A stretch of 64,000 nucleotides of DNA from positions 32,001 to 96,000 of the forward strand of contig OZ220089.1 of assembly GCA_964291625.2 (NCBI GenBank), written 5' to 3'. Positions 9,669 through 18,747 of this stretch are shown piece by piece (positions within the stretch are counted from its first letter, which is position 1; every line of letters begins with the position of its first letter). The position numbers were made by a program, and so were the translations under genes. This DNA comes from Candidatus Latescibacterota bacterium (lineage in GTDB: Bacteria > Latescibacterota > UBA2968 > UBA8231). Under the pieces are notes generated by a model that saw only the letters and a program-made list of their open reading frames with translations, made no database searches and had not been told where the DNA came from.

Positions 9669-10739
9669 ATGGCACATCGCCTGACCCACCTTCCCCTCAT
9701 CGCGGCCCTGGCCCTCGGGCTGGCGGCCTGCGGGGACGACGACGGCGTCACCGGCCCCGCCACCGAGGCCTACGACTTCGGGCCGATCCTGGCCGACTTC
9801 ACCAACAACGTGGTCATCCCCACCTACCGGGACCTCGACGCCGCGGCGGGGGTCCTGGCCGAGGCCGTGGCCGCCCTGCGGGAGAGTCCCGGCGACGGCA
9901 CCCTGACCGCCGCCCGCGACGCCTGGGTCGCCGCCCGCGTCCCCTGGGAGGCGAGCGAGGGCTTCCTCTTCGGCCCCGTCGACTTCAACGGCTACGATCC
10001 GGCCCTCGACAGCTGGCCCGTCAACCGCACCGACCTCGATGGCGTCATGGCCAGCGGCAACGATCTCGTCGCCGAGTACGTGGACGGCCTCGACGGGACC
10101 CTGAAGGGCTTCCACACCATCGAGTACCTGCTCTTCGACGAGGGCGGCAGCAAGACGGCCGCCGATTTCACCGGGCGCCAGTTCGACTACCTCGTGGCGA
10201 GCACCCGGCTCCTGGCGCGGACGGCCCGGGATCTGCACTCCAGCTGGATCCCCTCGGGCGGGAACTTCGGGGCCAAGGTCATCGAGGCCGGCTCCGGCAG
10301 CGACGTCTACCCCTCGCAGCGGTCGGCGGCCCAGGAGATCGTCAACGGCATGGTCGGGATCTGCGACGAGGTGGCCAACGGCAAGATCGCCGATCCCTTC
10401 ACCGAGCAGGACGCCCGGCTCGTGGAGTCCCAGTTCAGCTTCAACTCCCTGGCGGACTTCCAGAACAACATGCGCAGCGTCTGGAACGCCTATACCGGGG
10501 ACTACGCCGGCCACGAGGGCCGCGGCCTCGACGAGTTCGTCGCCTCGCGCAACAGCTCCCTGGACAGCCGCCTGAAGAGCGAGATCCGGGCGTCGATCGA
10601 CGAGATCGGCAACATCCGCAACCCCTTCCGCGACGCCATCGCCAGCGACGCCGCCCAGATCGAGACGGCGCAGCAGGCGATCGCCAAGGTGCAGCAGACC
10701 CTCGAAGGGGATGTCCTGCCCCTGGTGCTCGCCGAGTAG
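9669..10739 (+). CDS. imelysin-family (peptidase M75-like) iron-regulated lipoprotein
   Basis: Lipobox LAAC, WEASEGFLFGP, GFHTIEYLLF (GxHxxE), ESQFSFNS. Confidence 0.9.
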   Translation: MAHRLTHLPLIAALALGLAACGDDDGVTGPATEAYDFGPILADFTNNVVIPTYRDLDAAAGVLAEAVAALRESPGDGTLTAARDAWVAARVPWEASEGFLFGPVDFNGYDPALDSWPVNRTDLDGVMASGNDLVAEYVDGLDGTLKGFHTIEYLLFDEGGSKTAADFTGRQFDYLVASTRLLARTARDLHSSWIPSGGNFGAKVIEAGSGSDVYPSQRSAAQEIVNGMVGICDEVANGKIADPFTEQDARLVESQFSFNSLADFQNNMRSVWNAYTGDYAGHEGRGLDEFVASRNSSLDSRLKSEIRASIDEIGNIRNPFRDAIASDAAQIETAQQAIAKVQQTLEGDVLPLVLAE

Positions 10740-10767
10740 GGGGTCGGTTGTCTCGGGAGCGCGGCTA

Positions 10768-12150
10768 TTGAGCCGCCTTTGGGGCGCGGGCGCCCTGCTG
10801 CTCCTGGCCGCCTGCGGCGACGGCGGCCCCTCCGGACCGGAGCCGGACCCGGCTTCGGAGAAGGCCCTTTCCGGGGGGGCCGCCACCGTCTTCGACGCCG
10901 CCAGCACCGCCTTCGAGAACCCCCTGCCCGGTCTCGACGGCGAGCAGATGGCCCGCTTCCTGGCGGGGGACGCCGACTTCGAAGCGATCTTCGTCAGTGC
11001 CCCCGCCGAGGTGAACGGCGGCCTCGGTCCGGTCTTCAACCAGACCTCCTGCGCCGGCTGCCACGGCCGCGACGGGCGCGGCCGCTCGGGCTTCGGAGCG
11101 ACCTCGCCCTTCATCGGCTCCTCCCTCATGCGGGTCAGCCTCCCCGGCGTCGGCTCCGAGCATCCCGGGGCCCCGGCGCCGGTGCCGGGATTCGGGGTGC
11201 AGATCGGCGACCGGGCGATCTTCGGGGTGACTCCCGAGGCCCGCGTGGAGGTGAGCTACTTCGAGGAGGAGGGCCGCTTCGCCGACGGCGGGACCTACAC
11301 CCTCCGGCACCCGGTCTACGACATCATCGACCCCTACACCGAGTGGCCGGCGGGGGTGCTCACCTCGGCGCGCATGGCGCCCCCCGTCTTCGGGCGGGGC
11401 CTGCTGGCGGCGGTGGAGGAAGCCGACATCCTGGCCCTCGCCGATCCGGGGGACGCCGACGGCGACGGCGTCTCGGGCCGGCCCAACTACGTCTTCGACG
11501 CGGCCTCGGGCCGCACGGTCCTCGGCCGCTTCGGGTGGAAGGCCAACAACCCCACCCTGCTCCAGCAGGTGGCGGCCGCCTACAAGGAGGACATGGGCAT
11601 CACCACGCCCTACTTCCCGCGGGAGTCCACCGCCGGCCAGCCCCAGGCCGACGGCCTCGACGACGACCCCGAGCTGCCCCGGAAGGTCCTCGACGACGTC
11701 GTCTTCTACATCGCCACTCTCGCCGTTCCCGCCCGGCGCGGCCTCGACGACCCCGAGGCCCTGCGCGGCGAGGAGCTCTTCGCCGGCGCCGGCTGCGCCA
11801 CCTGCCACGTGCCCACCCTGCGCACCGGAGCGGACGAGGTCGCCGACCTGTCCAACCAGGTCATCCATCCCTACACGGACCTGCTGCTCCACGACATGGG
11901 GGACGAGTTGGCCGATCACCGGCCGGACTACGAGGCGGACGGGCGCGAGTGGCGGACCCCGCCCCTGTGGGGCATCGGCCTCACGGCGACGGTGAACGGC
12001 GTCCCCGCCTACCTCCACGACGGCCGCGCCTCCACCCTGATGGAGGCGATCATGTTCCACGGCGGCGAGGGGGAGAGGTCGAGAGAGGCGGTGAGGCGGA
12101 TGAGCGCCGCGGACCGCAAGGCGCTGATCGCCTTCCTCAACTCGCTGTAG
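10768..12150 (+). CDS. di-heme oxidoreductase family lipoprotein (DHOR/DUF1111); start uncertain
   Basis: GLGPVFN, CAGCH and CATCH, GRFGWKA, YTDLLLHDMG, WRTPPLWGIG, YLHDGRA. Confidence 0.9.
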   Translation: MSRLWGAGALLLLAACGDGGPSGPEPDPASEKALSGGAATVFDAASTAFENPLPGLDGEQMARFLAGDADFEAIFVSAPAEVNGGLGPVFNQTSCAGCHGRDGRGRSGFGATSPFIGSSLMRVSLPGVGSEHPGAPAPVPGFGVQIGDRAIFGVTPEARVEVSYFEEEGRFADGGTYTLRHPVYDIIDPYTEWPAGVLTSARMAPPVFGRGLLAAVEEADILALADPGDADGDGVSGRPNYVFDAASGRTVLGRFGWKANNPTLLQQVAAAYKEDMGITTPYFPRESTAGQPQADGLDDDPELPRKVLDDVVFYIATLAVPARRGLDDPEALRGEELFAGAGCATCHVPTLRTGADEVADLSNQVIHPYTDLLLHDMGDELADHRPDYEADGREWRTPPLWGIGLTATVNGVPAYLHDGRASTLMEAIMFHGGEGERSREAVRRMSAADRKALIAFLNSL

Positions 12151-12354
12151 GCTGGACGGCGGGAGCCGCTCCGACGGCGCCAGGCTGCTGTCGACGGCGA
12201 GCCCGGCGGGCTCGGCGAGCTTCCTGGCGGCTCCGGTCCGCGAAGGACGGTTGCCCTCTTCGGCTGCCGGGGTACCGGCGGATCCGCGACGCTCGGACTC
12301 GGTTCCGCCGGCCCGGGCGGCCTGCTCTGGCCGGGTCGGGATCGACCGGCGGTG

Positions 12355-13086
12355 TTACGGCGACGGCAGGGAGACGCGCAGGTGGCCGGGAGCCCCGAAG
12401 TGGGGCGAGGCCTTCAACCCGAGGCCGAGGAACAGTCCCTGCCGCGCCCAGACGACCAGGGGTCCCGCCTCCGGGGTGCGCAGGTCCACGGCTCGCGCGT
12501 ACCCTCGCCGCGGCGCCGGGAAGGGGCCCGGGACACCCGGCTCGGAAGGACCCGAGGAGCCGTACTCCACCGGGGCCCGGGACACGCCGGTGAGCACCAC
12601 GTCGCCCCCCAGCCGCGCGATCCACAGGGACAGCCGCAGAGTCGGGTGCAGGCGCTCCCACTCGCCGCGCAGCTCCGGGGTCCGGAATCCCGCCTCCGGG
12701 AAGTACGTCATCGCCACGCCTCCCCCCGCCAGCAGCAGGATGGGAACCGCCGCCAGGAGCAGCAGGGCCCGCCGCGGGGAGGGCAGGCCGAAGGCCAGGG
12801 AGAGGGCTCCGAAGAGCACCAGGCCTCCGGCCAGCAGCCCGCCCGCCAGCGCCGTCCATTCGGCGTTCGGGTAGCGCTGCAGGATGGCCAGCTGCACGCG
12901 CCCGGTGACCACCAGGGCCGCCGCCAGGCCCAGCCCCAGGCGCAGCAGGCACCCGGGCAGGCGGGCCAGCGCGACGAAGGGGGCCGCGCCCGGGCGCCGC
13001 GCCGGCGGGGCCGAGTCGAAGCCGCGGGCGGAGCCGGCCTCCGCGAGCCCCCCCGGGACGGGACGCACCTCCTCCACGGCGCTCAC
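12355..13086 (-). CDS. 3-TM membrane protein with degenerate peptidase-M15-like C-terminal domain
   Basis: GTGA overlap with upstream gene; three hydrophobic helices; LHPTLR...AVDLRT...HLRVSLP. Confidence 0.55.
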   Translation of the reverse strand: MSAVEEVRPVPGGLAEAGSARGFDSAPPARRPGAAPFVALARLPGCLLRLGLGLAAALVVTGRVQLAILQRYPNAEWTALAGGLLAGGLVLFGALSLAFGLPSPRRALLLLAAVPILLLAGGGVAMTYFPEAGFRTPELRGEWERLHPTLRLSLWIARLGGDVVLTGVSRAPVEYGSSGPSEPGVPGPFPAPRRGYARAVDLRTPEAGPLVVWARQGLFLGLGLKASPHFGAPGHLRVSLPSP

Positions 13087-14510
13087 GAGCCGCTCCCGGG
13101 CGGGGAACCGCTCCCCCCGCGGTCGCGGGCGTCGAGGCGGTCCAGCTTCTCGCTCAGGGCGATCATCACGTCCTGGGTGTCGGTCATGCGCGACTCGAGG
13201 GCGGAGAGGCGGTCGCCGAGGCCCGAGGAGTCCGGCTGGGTCCGGCGGCGGGCCACGTAGACCGCCGCCAGGCCGACGGCCAGCCCCAGCAGGCACCCGC
13301 CGAGGAGCACGAGCCAGTCGTCGCGCCCGTAGGAGTCCCCCCGCAGTTCCCGTCGCACGGCCTCCAGCAGTTCGTCGTCGCCGCGAGGACTGACGTCCCC
13401 GCTCATCGCACCGCCGGGCGATCGCCACGGCACCGTCCTGTAGTCCCAGGTGGCGGGATCCGGAGCATCGGTCCCGAGGATCCGCGCATCGGCCGGGGCG
13501 ATGGCGCCGGCCGCCTGGTCCAGCCTCCGGGCCAGCGGGTGGGAGTGGGGCCGGGACCGGCCGGCCACCGATCTCTCTATGGCCGAGATCCAGACATCCG
13601 GATGATCCCTCAGCCAGGCCTCCAGGTAAGCCTCCATGGCCTCGGCGTCATACCCCGCCGACCAGTCCTCGGGGGCCAGCACCAGACGGCCCACCCGGCG
13701 GTCGCCCATCATCTTGACGGGGACCTGGGGCCCCCAGGGCACCCAGGAGGCGGTCTCCTCGGCCAGCAGGCGGCCCATGTGGGAGGAAGCACGGTACCCC
13801 GGGGGCGGGCCGTCGCCGTCGACGACGACCACGTCGAAACCGATCATCCCGCCGCCCTCGAGGGGGACCGCCCGCCCGGGGGCCGGGTTCGCCAGCGAGC
13901 GGCCGTAGCGCGGATCGGTCCGGGGAGGGGGCGGGTTGGAGGACCGCACCTGCACGCCCCACTCGTAGGTCGTGAGGTCGCCCTGGCGCTGCCAGGCCCC
14001 GCGCGACCTCCTGTCGATGCGGAGGTTGTGGTGGACCCCTCTGCGGTCGAAGGCGGGATAGGTGGCCTGTCCCGGCACGAGAGCGTACTGGATCGGAGGG
14101 TGGTCCTCCGACACGAGCCCCGAGACGTAGATCTCGCAGGCGTCGGTCCGGGAGACGCTGCTGTCGACCGGATAGAGGATGTCGTCGCGCACCTCCACGG
14201 CCACGTAGAGCAGCTGCTCCCCGGGATCGTACGCGACCCGGAAGGAGGGGCTGAGGTCGCGGCTGGTGGCCAGGTCCGTCCCCTCGGTGTCGGTGGGACC
14301 GTAGACTCCGAACTCGTTGCGGATCGGCAGGGCCGGCATCTCCCGCGGCCAGTCGGACAGATCCCCGTCGACGGTGATGCCGGAGATCGGCAGGGCCAGG
14401 GCCAGGTCCAGGTACTCGGGCAGCTCCGCCCTCGCGGCCAGGGGCGGTCCCGCAACGCTCAACCCCGCCAGAACGACGGCGAGATGCAGGGGTGGGCAGG
14501 GTCGAGGCAT
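13083..14510 (-). CDS. exported CBM9-like sugar-binding domain + TM + coiled-coil tail
   Basis: Signal peptide; ITVDGDLSDWP, FRVAYD..LYVAVEVRDD, IGFDVVVVDGD; one TM; tail TDTQDVMIALSEKLDR. Confidence 0.7.
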   Translation of the reverse strand: MPRPCPPLHLAVVLAGLSVAGPPLAARAELPEYLDLALALPISGITVDGDLSDWPREMPALPIRNEFGVYGPTDTEGTDLATSRDLSPSFRVAYDPGEQLLYVAVEVRDDILYPVDSSVSRTDACEIYVSGLVSEDHPPIQYALVPGQATYPAFDRRGVHHNLRIDRRSRGAWQRQGDLTTYEWGVQVRSSNPPPPRTDPRYGRSLANPAPGRAVPLEGGGMIGFDVVVVDGDGPPPGYRASSHMGRLLAEETASWVPWGPQVPVKMMGDRRVGRLVLAPEDWSAGYDAEAMEAYLEAWLRDHPDVWISAIERSVAGRSRPHSHPLARRLDQAAGAIAPADARILGTDAPDPATWDYRTVPWRSPGGAMSGDVSPRGDDELLEAVRRELRGDSYGRDDWLVLLGGCLLGLAVGLAAVYVARRRTQPDSSGLGDRLSALESRMTDTQDVMIALSEKLDRLDARDRGGSGSPPGSGS

Positions 14511-14527
14511 GGCTGTCCTCCGGGCGG

Positions 14528-14896
14528 TCAGGCCAAGTGTCCGTATCGGCGCCGGTCCAGCTTGTCGGCCATATCTATCATGACACCCTGAAGATCGGTC
14601 AACTGCCGGTCGATGCGGTCCATGCGCCCCCGCAGCTCCTCCGACCGGGATCCGGCCGCGGCCTCGGCCGGCATCCATTCCGAGATCCGCAGGCCGCCGG
14701 CGTCGGTGAAGGCGCCGCAGACGATGAGGATCAGGTCGACCAGGGACCAGAGGCCGAACCCTCCGAGGGTGAGGACCATCAACAGGCCGGTGCCCATCTT
14801 GCCGACGTAGAACCGGTGCGCGCCGATCCAGCCGAGGAAGAAGCAGAGCAGCGCCGCCGCCAGGCGCGAACGAGTGGAGGACCCGGCGCCGGTCAT
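14528..14896 (-). CDS. TM2-domain protein with coiled-coil tail
   Basis: RSRLAAALLCFFLGWIGAHRFYVGKMGTG (TM2); tail TDLQGVMIDMADKLDR. Confidence 0.9.
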   Translation of the reverse strand: MTGAGSSTRSRLAAALLCFFLGWIGAHRFYVGKMGTGLLMVLTLGGFGLWSLVDLILIVCGAFTDAGGLRISEWMPAEAAAGSRSEELRGRMDRIDRQLTDLQGVMIDMADKLDRRRYGHLA

Positions 14897-15624
14897 CGGG
14901 AACCCTCCCCCCTCGCCTCGCCGCGGGGGCGCAGGGCGGCCAACTCTTCATCGACCCGCCGGCGCATCTCGAGTTCCTCGAAGCGGCGCCCGAGGACGCC
15001 GTCCTCCCCGAGGAGGGTGCGGCGCGCCTCGGCCGAGGCCTCCCCGGCCACGTGGGCCAGCTCCAGGCGCTGGCGCATGCGGTCGAACTCGTTGCGGTTG
15101 TGCTCCAGGCGCTGCCCCAGGCGGTCGAACTCGGCCGCCGGATCGCCGTCGAGATCGTCGCGCCGGCAGCCCACCTGGCGGCTGGCGCGGATGCGCGCGA
15201 TCAGGGCGGCCTGGCGGTTGCGGGCCTCCTCCAGCTCCTGGCGCAGGGTCACCAGCTGACCCCGCAGCTGCGAGGCCGTCCGGCGCCCCTCCTCGAGGGC
15301 CGGCTCGATGTCGTCGGCCGCCTGGTCGCTGAGCACCTTGCGGGCCAGCACCTGGCGGGCCAGCTCCTCGTCGCCGGCATCCAGGGCCTGGCGGGCCCGG
15401 CTCTCCAGCCGGCGGCTGCGCTCGCGGTGCTCCTCCTGGTCCTTCTCCAGCCGGCGCTGGCCGGCCACGGCGGCGCCGGTGGCGCTGACGACCCGGTCGA
15501 CCTCGGCCTCCATGTCGCGCACCATCTGGCGCACCATCCTCTCGGGATCCTCCAGGTGATCGAGCAGGTCGTGGACGTTCGACCTGACGATACCGGTGAT
15601 CCGGGACAACGTCGATCTGACCAT
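14893..15624 (-). CDS. pspA: PspA/IM30 family protein
   Basis: RITGIVRSNVHDLLDHLEDPERMVRQMVRDME; GDEELARQVL; long coiled coil ending VDEELAAL. Confidence 0.9.
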   Translation of the reverse strand: MVRSTLSRITGIVRSNVHDLLDHLEDPERMVRQMVRDMEAEVDRVVSATGAAVAGQRRLEKDQEEHRERSRRLESRARQALDAGDEELARQVLARKVLSDQAADDIEPALEEGRRTASQLRGQLVTLRQELEEARNRQAALIARIRASRQVGCRRDDLDGDPAAEFDRLGQRLEHNRNEFDRMRQRLELAHVAGEASAEARRTLLGEDGVLGRRFEELEMRRRVDEELAALRPRGEARGEGSR

Positions 15625-15667
15625 CTCTGCCTCCGATTCGCTCCCGCTGGGTTGTGGGTGCCTTCTG

Positions 15668-15683
15668 TGCAATTCGGGTGCCA
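15668..15683 (-). promoter_or_regulatory. sigma54 -24/-12 promoter of pspA operon
   Basis: Minus strand TGGCACCCGAATTGCA, 44 bp upstream of the ATG. Confidence 0.85.
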
Positions 15684-15774
15684 CCGCCTCCACCCGTTGC
15701 TGGAAACGGTGTTCAAGTTGCTGTCATGCAGTCTGTTGCAAAGATCACCGGATGCCTGTCGGGAGATGGGGAAT

Positions 15775-15810
15775 CGGCTGATTCCGCCATCTCGATGGCG
15801 GGTCTCGCCA
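15775..15810. promoter_or_regulatory. tandem enhancer (UAS) sites, PspF-like
   Basis: CGGCTGATTCCGCCA (15775-89) and TGGCGGGTCTCGCCA (15796-810), 21-bp period. Confidence 0.6.
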
Positions 15811-15907
15811 CCGGGCGGCGGACAGGGGAAGGGGGGGACGAGACCACCCGGGGGCTCGCCTCCCCGTCAGGCCACCGCCCCCGCCCGGCGGCCGGCTCCG
15901 CGCCGGA

Positions 15908-16102
15908 TCAGCCGGGGGACCCGGCCGGATCCAGCGTGCCCCGGGCCCGCCGCTTCTGCACCCAGGGCGTCTCCACGCCGTACTTGCGGCACAGCCGTCC
16001 GAAGCTGCGCAGGGTGATGCCGAGGGCGGCACAGGCCTCCTGGTTGCTCTTGTACATGCGCGCGACGCGCTCGATCGTCGCCTTGTCGAATCCCCGATTC
16101 AC
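15908..16102 (-). CDS. small stand-alone Fis-type HTH protein (64 aa)
   Basis: GGAGGGAG RBS + GTG; YKSNQEACAALGITLRSFGRLCRKYGV resembles the bEBP C-terminal HTH. Confidence 0.7.
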   Translation of the reverse strand: MNRGFDKATIERVARMYKSNQEACAALGITLRSFGRLCRKYGVETPWVQKRRARGTLDPAGSPG

Positions 16103-16168
16103 GGCTCCCTCCTGGTGAAGGATGGACGCCGGGGCCGGTCCCCGGCGGGTGATGTCGAGGACGGGTAC

Positions 16169-16184
16169 AGCAAGGCCCGTGCCC
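16169..16184 (-). promoter_or_regulatory. sigma54 promoter of the small HTH gene
   Basis: Minus strand GGGCACGGGCCTTGCT. Confidence 0.7.
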
Positions 16185-16250
16185 GCCGCCGCGGGCAGCC
16201 GCCGCCAGAGAGCGGGACAGGAGAGGAGACGCCGGAGAGCGTTGCCGCGG

Positions 16251-16285
16251 TGGCCGCATCCGCCACCGTCCGGCGGCAGCCGCCG
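16251..16285. promoter_or_regulatory. tandem UAS sites
   Basis: TGGCCGCATCCGCCA + CGGCGGCAGCCGCCG, 20-bp period; near-identical block at 44857-44891. Confidence 0.65.
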
Positions 16286-16312
16286 GGAGCGGAGGTCCGC
16301 GAAGGGGGCTGG

Positions 16313-17551
16313 CTACAGGACGATCTCTCGCCCCTGGAGGAAGAGCCGCTCCGGGCGCAGCCCCTCGTCGAGGATGAGCAGGTCGGCGATCTTGCCCGTC
16401 TCCAGGCTGCCGACGCGGGCGTCGATCCCGAGGATCCGCGCCGGCGTCAGGGAGGCCATGCGCACCACCTCGGCCAGGGGCGCGCCGGTCAGCTCGCGGA
16501 AGGTGCGCACCATGTGGTCCATACCCTGGCAGGAGGAGGCGGGGCCGCCGCCGTCCGGCGTCACGCAGACATCCCCGCGGCGCAGGAAGGGCTCGCCGCG
16601 GTCCTCGGGGCCGAAGCGGTACTCGCCGTCGGGCCGGTCGAGGGCGCGGTTGCAGTCGGAGACCAGGGCGAGGCGGTCCGGCCCCTTGATCCTGTGCGCA
16701 AGGCGCAGGAGTCCGGCGTCGAGATGGACGCCGTCGGCGATCACCTCGGTGGACAGCTCGTCGAGCAGCAGGGCCGCCTCGAGCAGGCCGGCGCGCATCG
16801 GCCAGGGCTGCTCGCGGCGCAGCCTGGTCTTGTCCGACATGGCGCAGAACAGGTGGTCCACGTGGCCCACGCCCCAGTCCAGGCTGGCCTCCACCTGGGC
16901 GAGGGTGGCGTTGGAGTGGCCGGCGTGGAGACGGATGCCCCGCCGCCCGGCGGCCCGGGCGAAGGCCTCGGCGCCCGGCAGTTCCGGGGCCACGGTGGCG
17001 CAGGCGATGGCGCCGCCCTCGGGCAGGCCGCCGAAGGCGAGGTAGGCCTCGAACTCCTCCGGCAGCGGCGGGCGCAGAGGGCCGGCCGGGTGACAGCCCT
17101 GGGCCCCGGGGCCGAAGTAGGGGCCGTAGAAATGGGCGCCGGCCACGCGGCTGCCGGCCGTCCCTCTCCCGGCGAAGAGGCCGAAACCGCCCGCCCGGAC
17201 CGCCCGCGCGCAAGTCTCCAGGGCCGCCAGGATCTGCTCGTGGACCGCCACCGTGGTGGTCGGCGCCAGGGTCGTGGTGCCGTGGCGCAGGTGCGCCTCC
17301 AGGACGGTGCGGAAGGCCTCGGCGGTGCCGTCCATGAAGTCGGCCCCGCCGCCGCCGTGACAGTGGAGGTCGACGAAGCCGGGGGCCACCAGGCGGCCAT
17401 CGAGGTCGATCTCGACGGTCCCGCCCGGGGCCCCGTCCCCGGCCGCCGCTCCGACGGCGGCGATGCGGCCGGCTTCGTCGATGAGCAGGGAGCCCTCCTC
17501 GACGACGCGGTCGGGCAGGATCAGGGAGCCGCCGCGTAGCAGCGCCGGCAT
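16313..17551 (-). CDS. nagA: N-acetylglucosamine-6-phosphate deacetylase family amidohydrolase
   Basis: PGFVDLHCHGGGG, TVAPELPG, GHSNAT, HLFCAM, IADGVH, GSLETGKIADL. Confidence 0.85.
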   Translation of the reverse strand: MPALLRGGSLILPDRVVEEGSLLIDEAGRIAAVGAAAGDGAPGGTVEIDLDGRLVAPGFVDLHCHGGGGADFMDGTAEAFRTVLEAHLRHGTTTLAPTTTVAVHEQILAALETCARAVRAGGFGLFAGRGTAGSRVAGAHFYGPYFGPGAQGCHPAGPLRPPLPEEFEAYLAFGGLPEGGAIACATVAPELPGAEAFARAAGRRGIRLHAGHSNATLAQVEASLDWGVGHVDHLFCAMSDKTRLRREQPWPMRAGLLEAALLLDELSTEVIADGVHLDAGLLRLAHRIKGPDRLALVSDCNRALDRPDGEYRFGPEDRGEPFLRRGDVCVTPDGGGPASSCQGMDHMVRTFRELTGAPLAEVVRMASLTPARILGIDARVGSLETGKIADLLILDEGLRPERLFLQGREIVL

Positions 17552-18747
17552 CAGGCGAGGCCGCAGAAGCCGGCCGCCGCCAGGGCGTAGACGCGGGCGC
17601 AGCGGCCGAGCTGGGCCACCGAGACGCGCTCCCCGTCGGAGTGGGCCGTCTCGTGGGCGGGCCCGTAGTAGACGGTGGGCACGCCGCCGTCGTTGGCGTA
17701 GAGATTGGCGTCGCCCACCAGGCCCATGCCGACGATCTCGGGGCGTTCGCCGTTGACGCCCTCGCCGGCGCCGAGCAGGGCCTCCACCACGGGGTGCCCG
17801 GCGGGCGTCTCGAAAGGCTCCCGGTCGTTGCCCAGCTCCACCTCGAAACGCAGACTCGAGGCGTCGGCCAGACGGTCGCAGACCGCCGCCAGGTCGGCCT
17901 CGGCGTCGGCCCGGGTCGTGCCCGGCGTCCATCGGAGGGTGCCGGTCACCTGCCACTCCACCGGCAGGCGGTTGAACCAGTCGCCGGCGCGCACCATGCC
18001 CACGTTGAGCTGCCGGCGGCCGCACAAGGGATGGCGGGGGCCGGCCTCGTACCCGGCCTCCAGGCGGTCCAGCTCGGAGAGCAGCGCGCCGAGCCAGCGC
18101 ACCGGGTTGGCCCGCCAGGGCACCTTGATCGTGTGGATCGGCTCGCGGTCGGCGAAGGCCCGGATGGTGAACATGGCCGAGCCGAGGCTGGCCGCCCACA
18201 CGGCGAAGGGCCCCTCGACGATGATCACGGCGTCGGCCGGCAGGCGGCCGGAGCGGAAGTGCTCGATCAGCCGCCGCGGGCCCTCCTTGCGGCCCACGGG
18301 GGTCTCGTGGCCGACGACGCCCGTGAGCCACAGGTCGCCGGCCAGCCCCACCCCGGCCCGGCGCAGGGCCGCGGCGCCGTGGACCATGGCCACGAGTCCG
18401 CCCTTCATGTCCTCGGCGCCGCGCCCGAGGATCCAGCCGCCGTCGCGTCCGGGGCCGTGGCAGTCCCCCACGGGGATGGTGTCGGTATGGCCGTTGAAGG
18501 CCAGGGTGCGGCCGCCGCCGGCGCCCGCCAGGCGCGAGTAGACGTTCGGCCGGCCGGGGAGGAACTCGTCGACCTCGACCTCGAACCCCTCCCGGCGCAG
18601 CAGTTGCTCGAGAAAACGGCTCCCCTCCCCCTCCTCCCCGGTCTCGCTCACCACCTCGATGAAGGCCAGGGTGTCGGCCGCCAGGGCCTCCTCGTCCACG
18701 GCGGCGGCGACGGCGGCCTGCTGCCCGGGCGTCAGGGCGTGGTTCAG
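17551..18747 (-). CDS. M20 family metallopeptidase/deacylase (ArgE/DapE-like); start uncertain (CTG 18747 or GTG 18699)
   Basis: FNGHTDT, GRGAEDMKGG, YGP...AH motifs. Confidence 0.85.
   Translation of the reverse strand: MNHALTPGQQAAVAAAVDEEALAADTLAFIEVVSETGEEGEGSRFLEQLLRREGFEVEVDEFLPGRPNVYSRLAGAGGGRTLAFNGHTDTIPVGDCHGPGRDGGWILGRGAEDMKGGLVAMVHGAAALRRAGVGLAGDLWLTGVVGHETPVGRKEGPRRLIEHFRSGRLPADAVIIVEGPFAVWAASLGSAMFTIRAFADREPIHTIKVPWRANPVRWLGALLSELDRLEAGYEAGPRHPLCGRRQLNVGMVRAGDWFNRLPVEWQVTGTLRWTPGTTRADAEADLAAVCDRLADASSLRFEVELGNDREPFETPAGHPVVEALLGAGEGVNGERPEIVGMGLVGDANLYANDGGVPTVYYGPAHETAHSDGERVSVAQLGRCARVYALAAAGFCGLA

Noticed and set aside
12151-12354. GC-rich convergent intergenic region with small hairpins as an ncRNA/riboswitch
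   Set aside because: No recognisable family motif; such hairpins are expected at this GC content.
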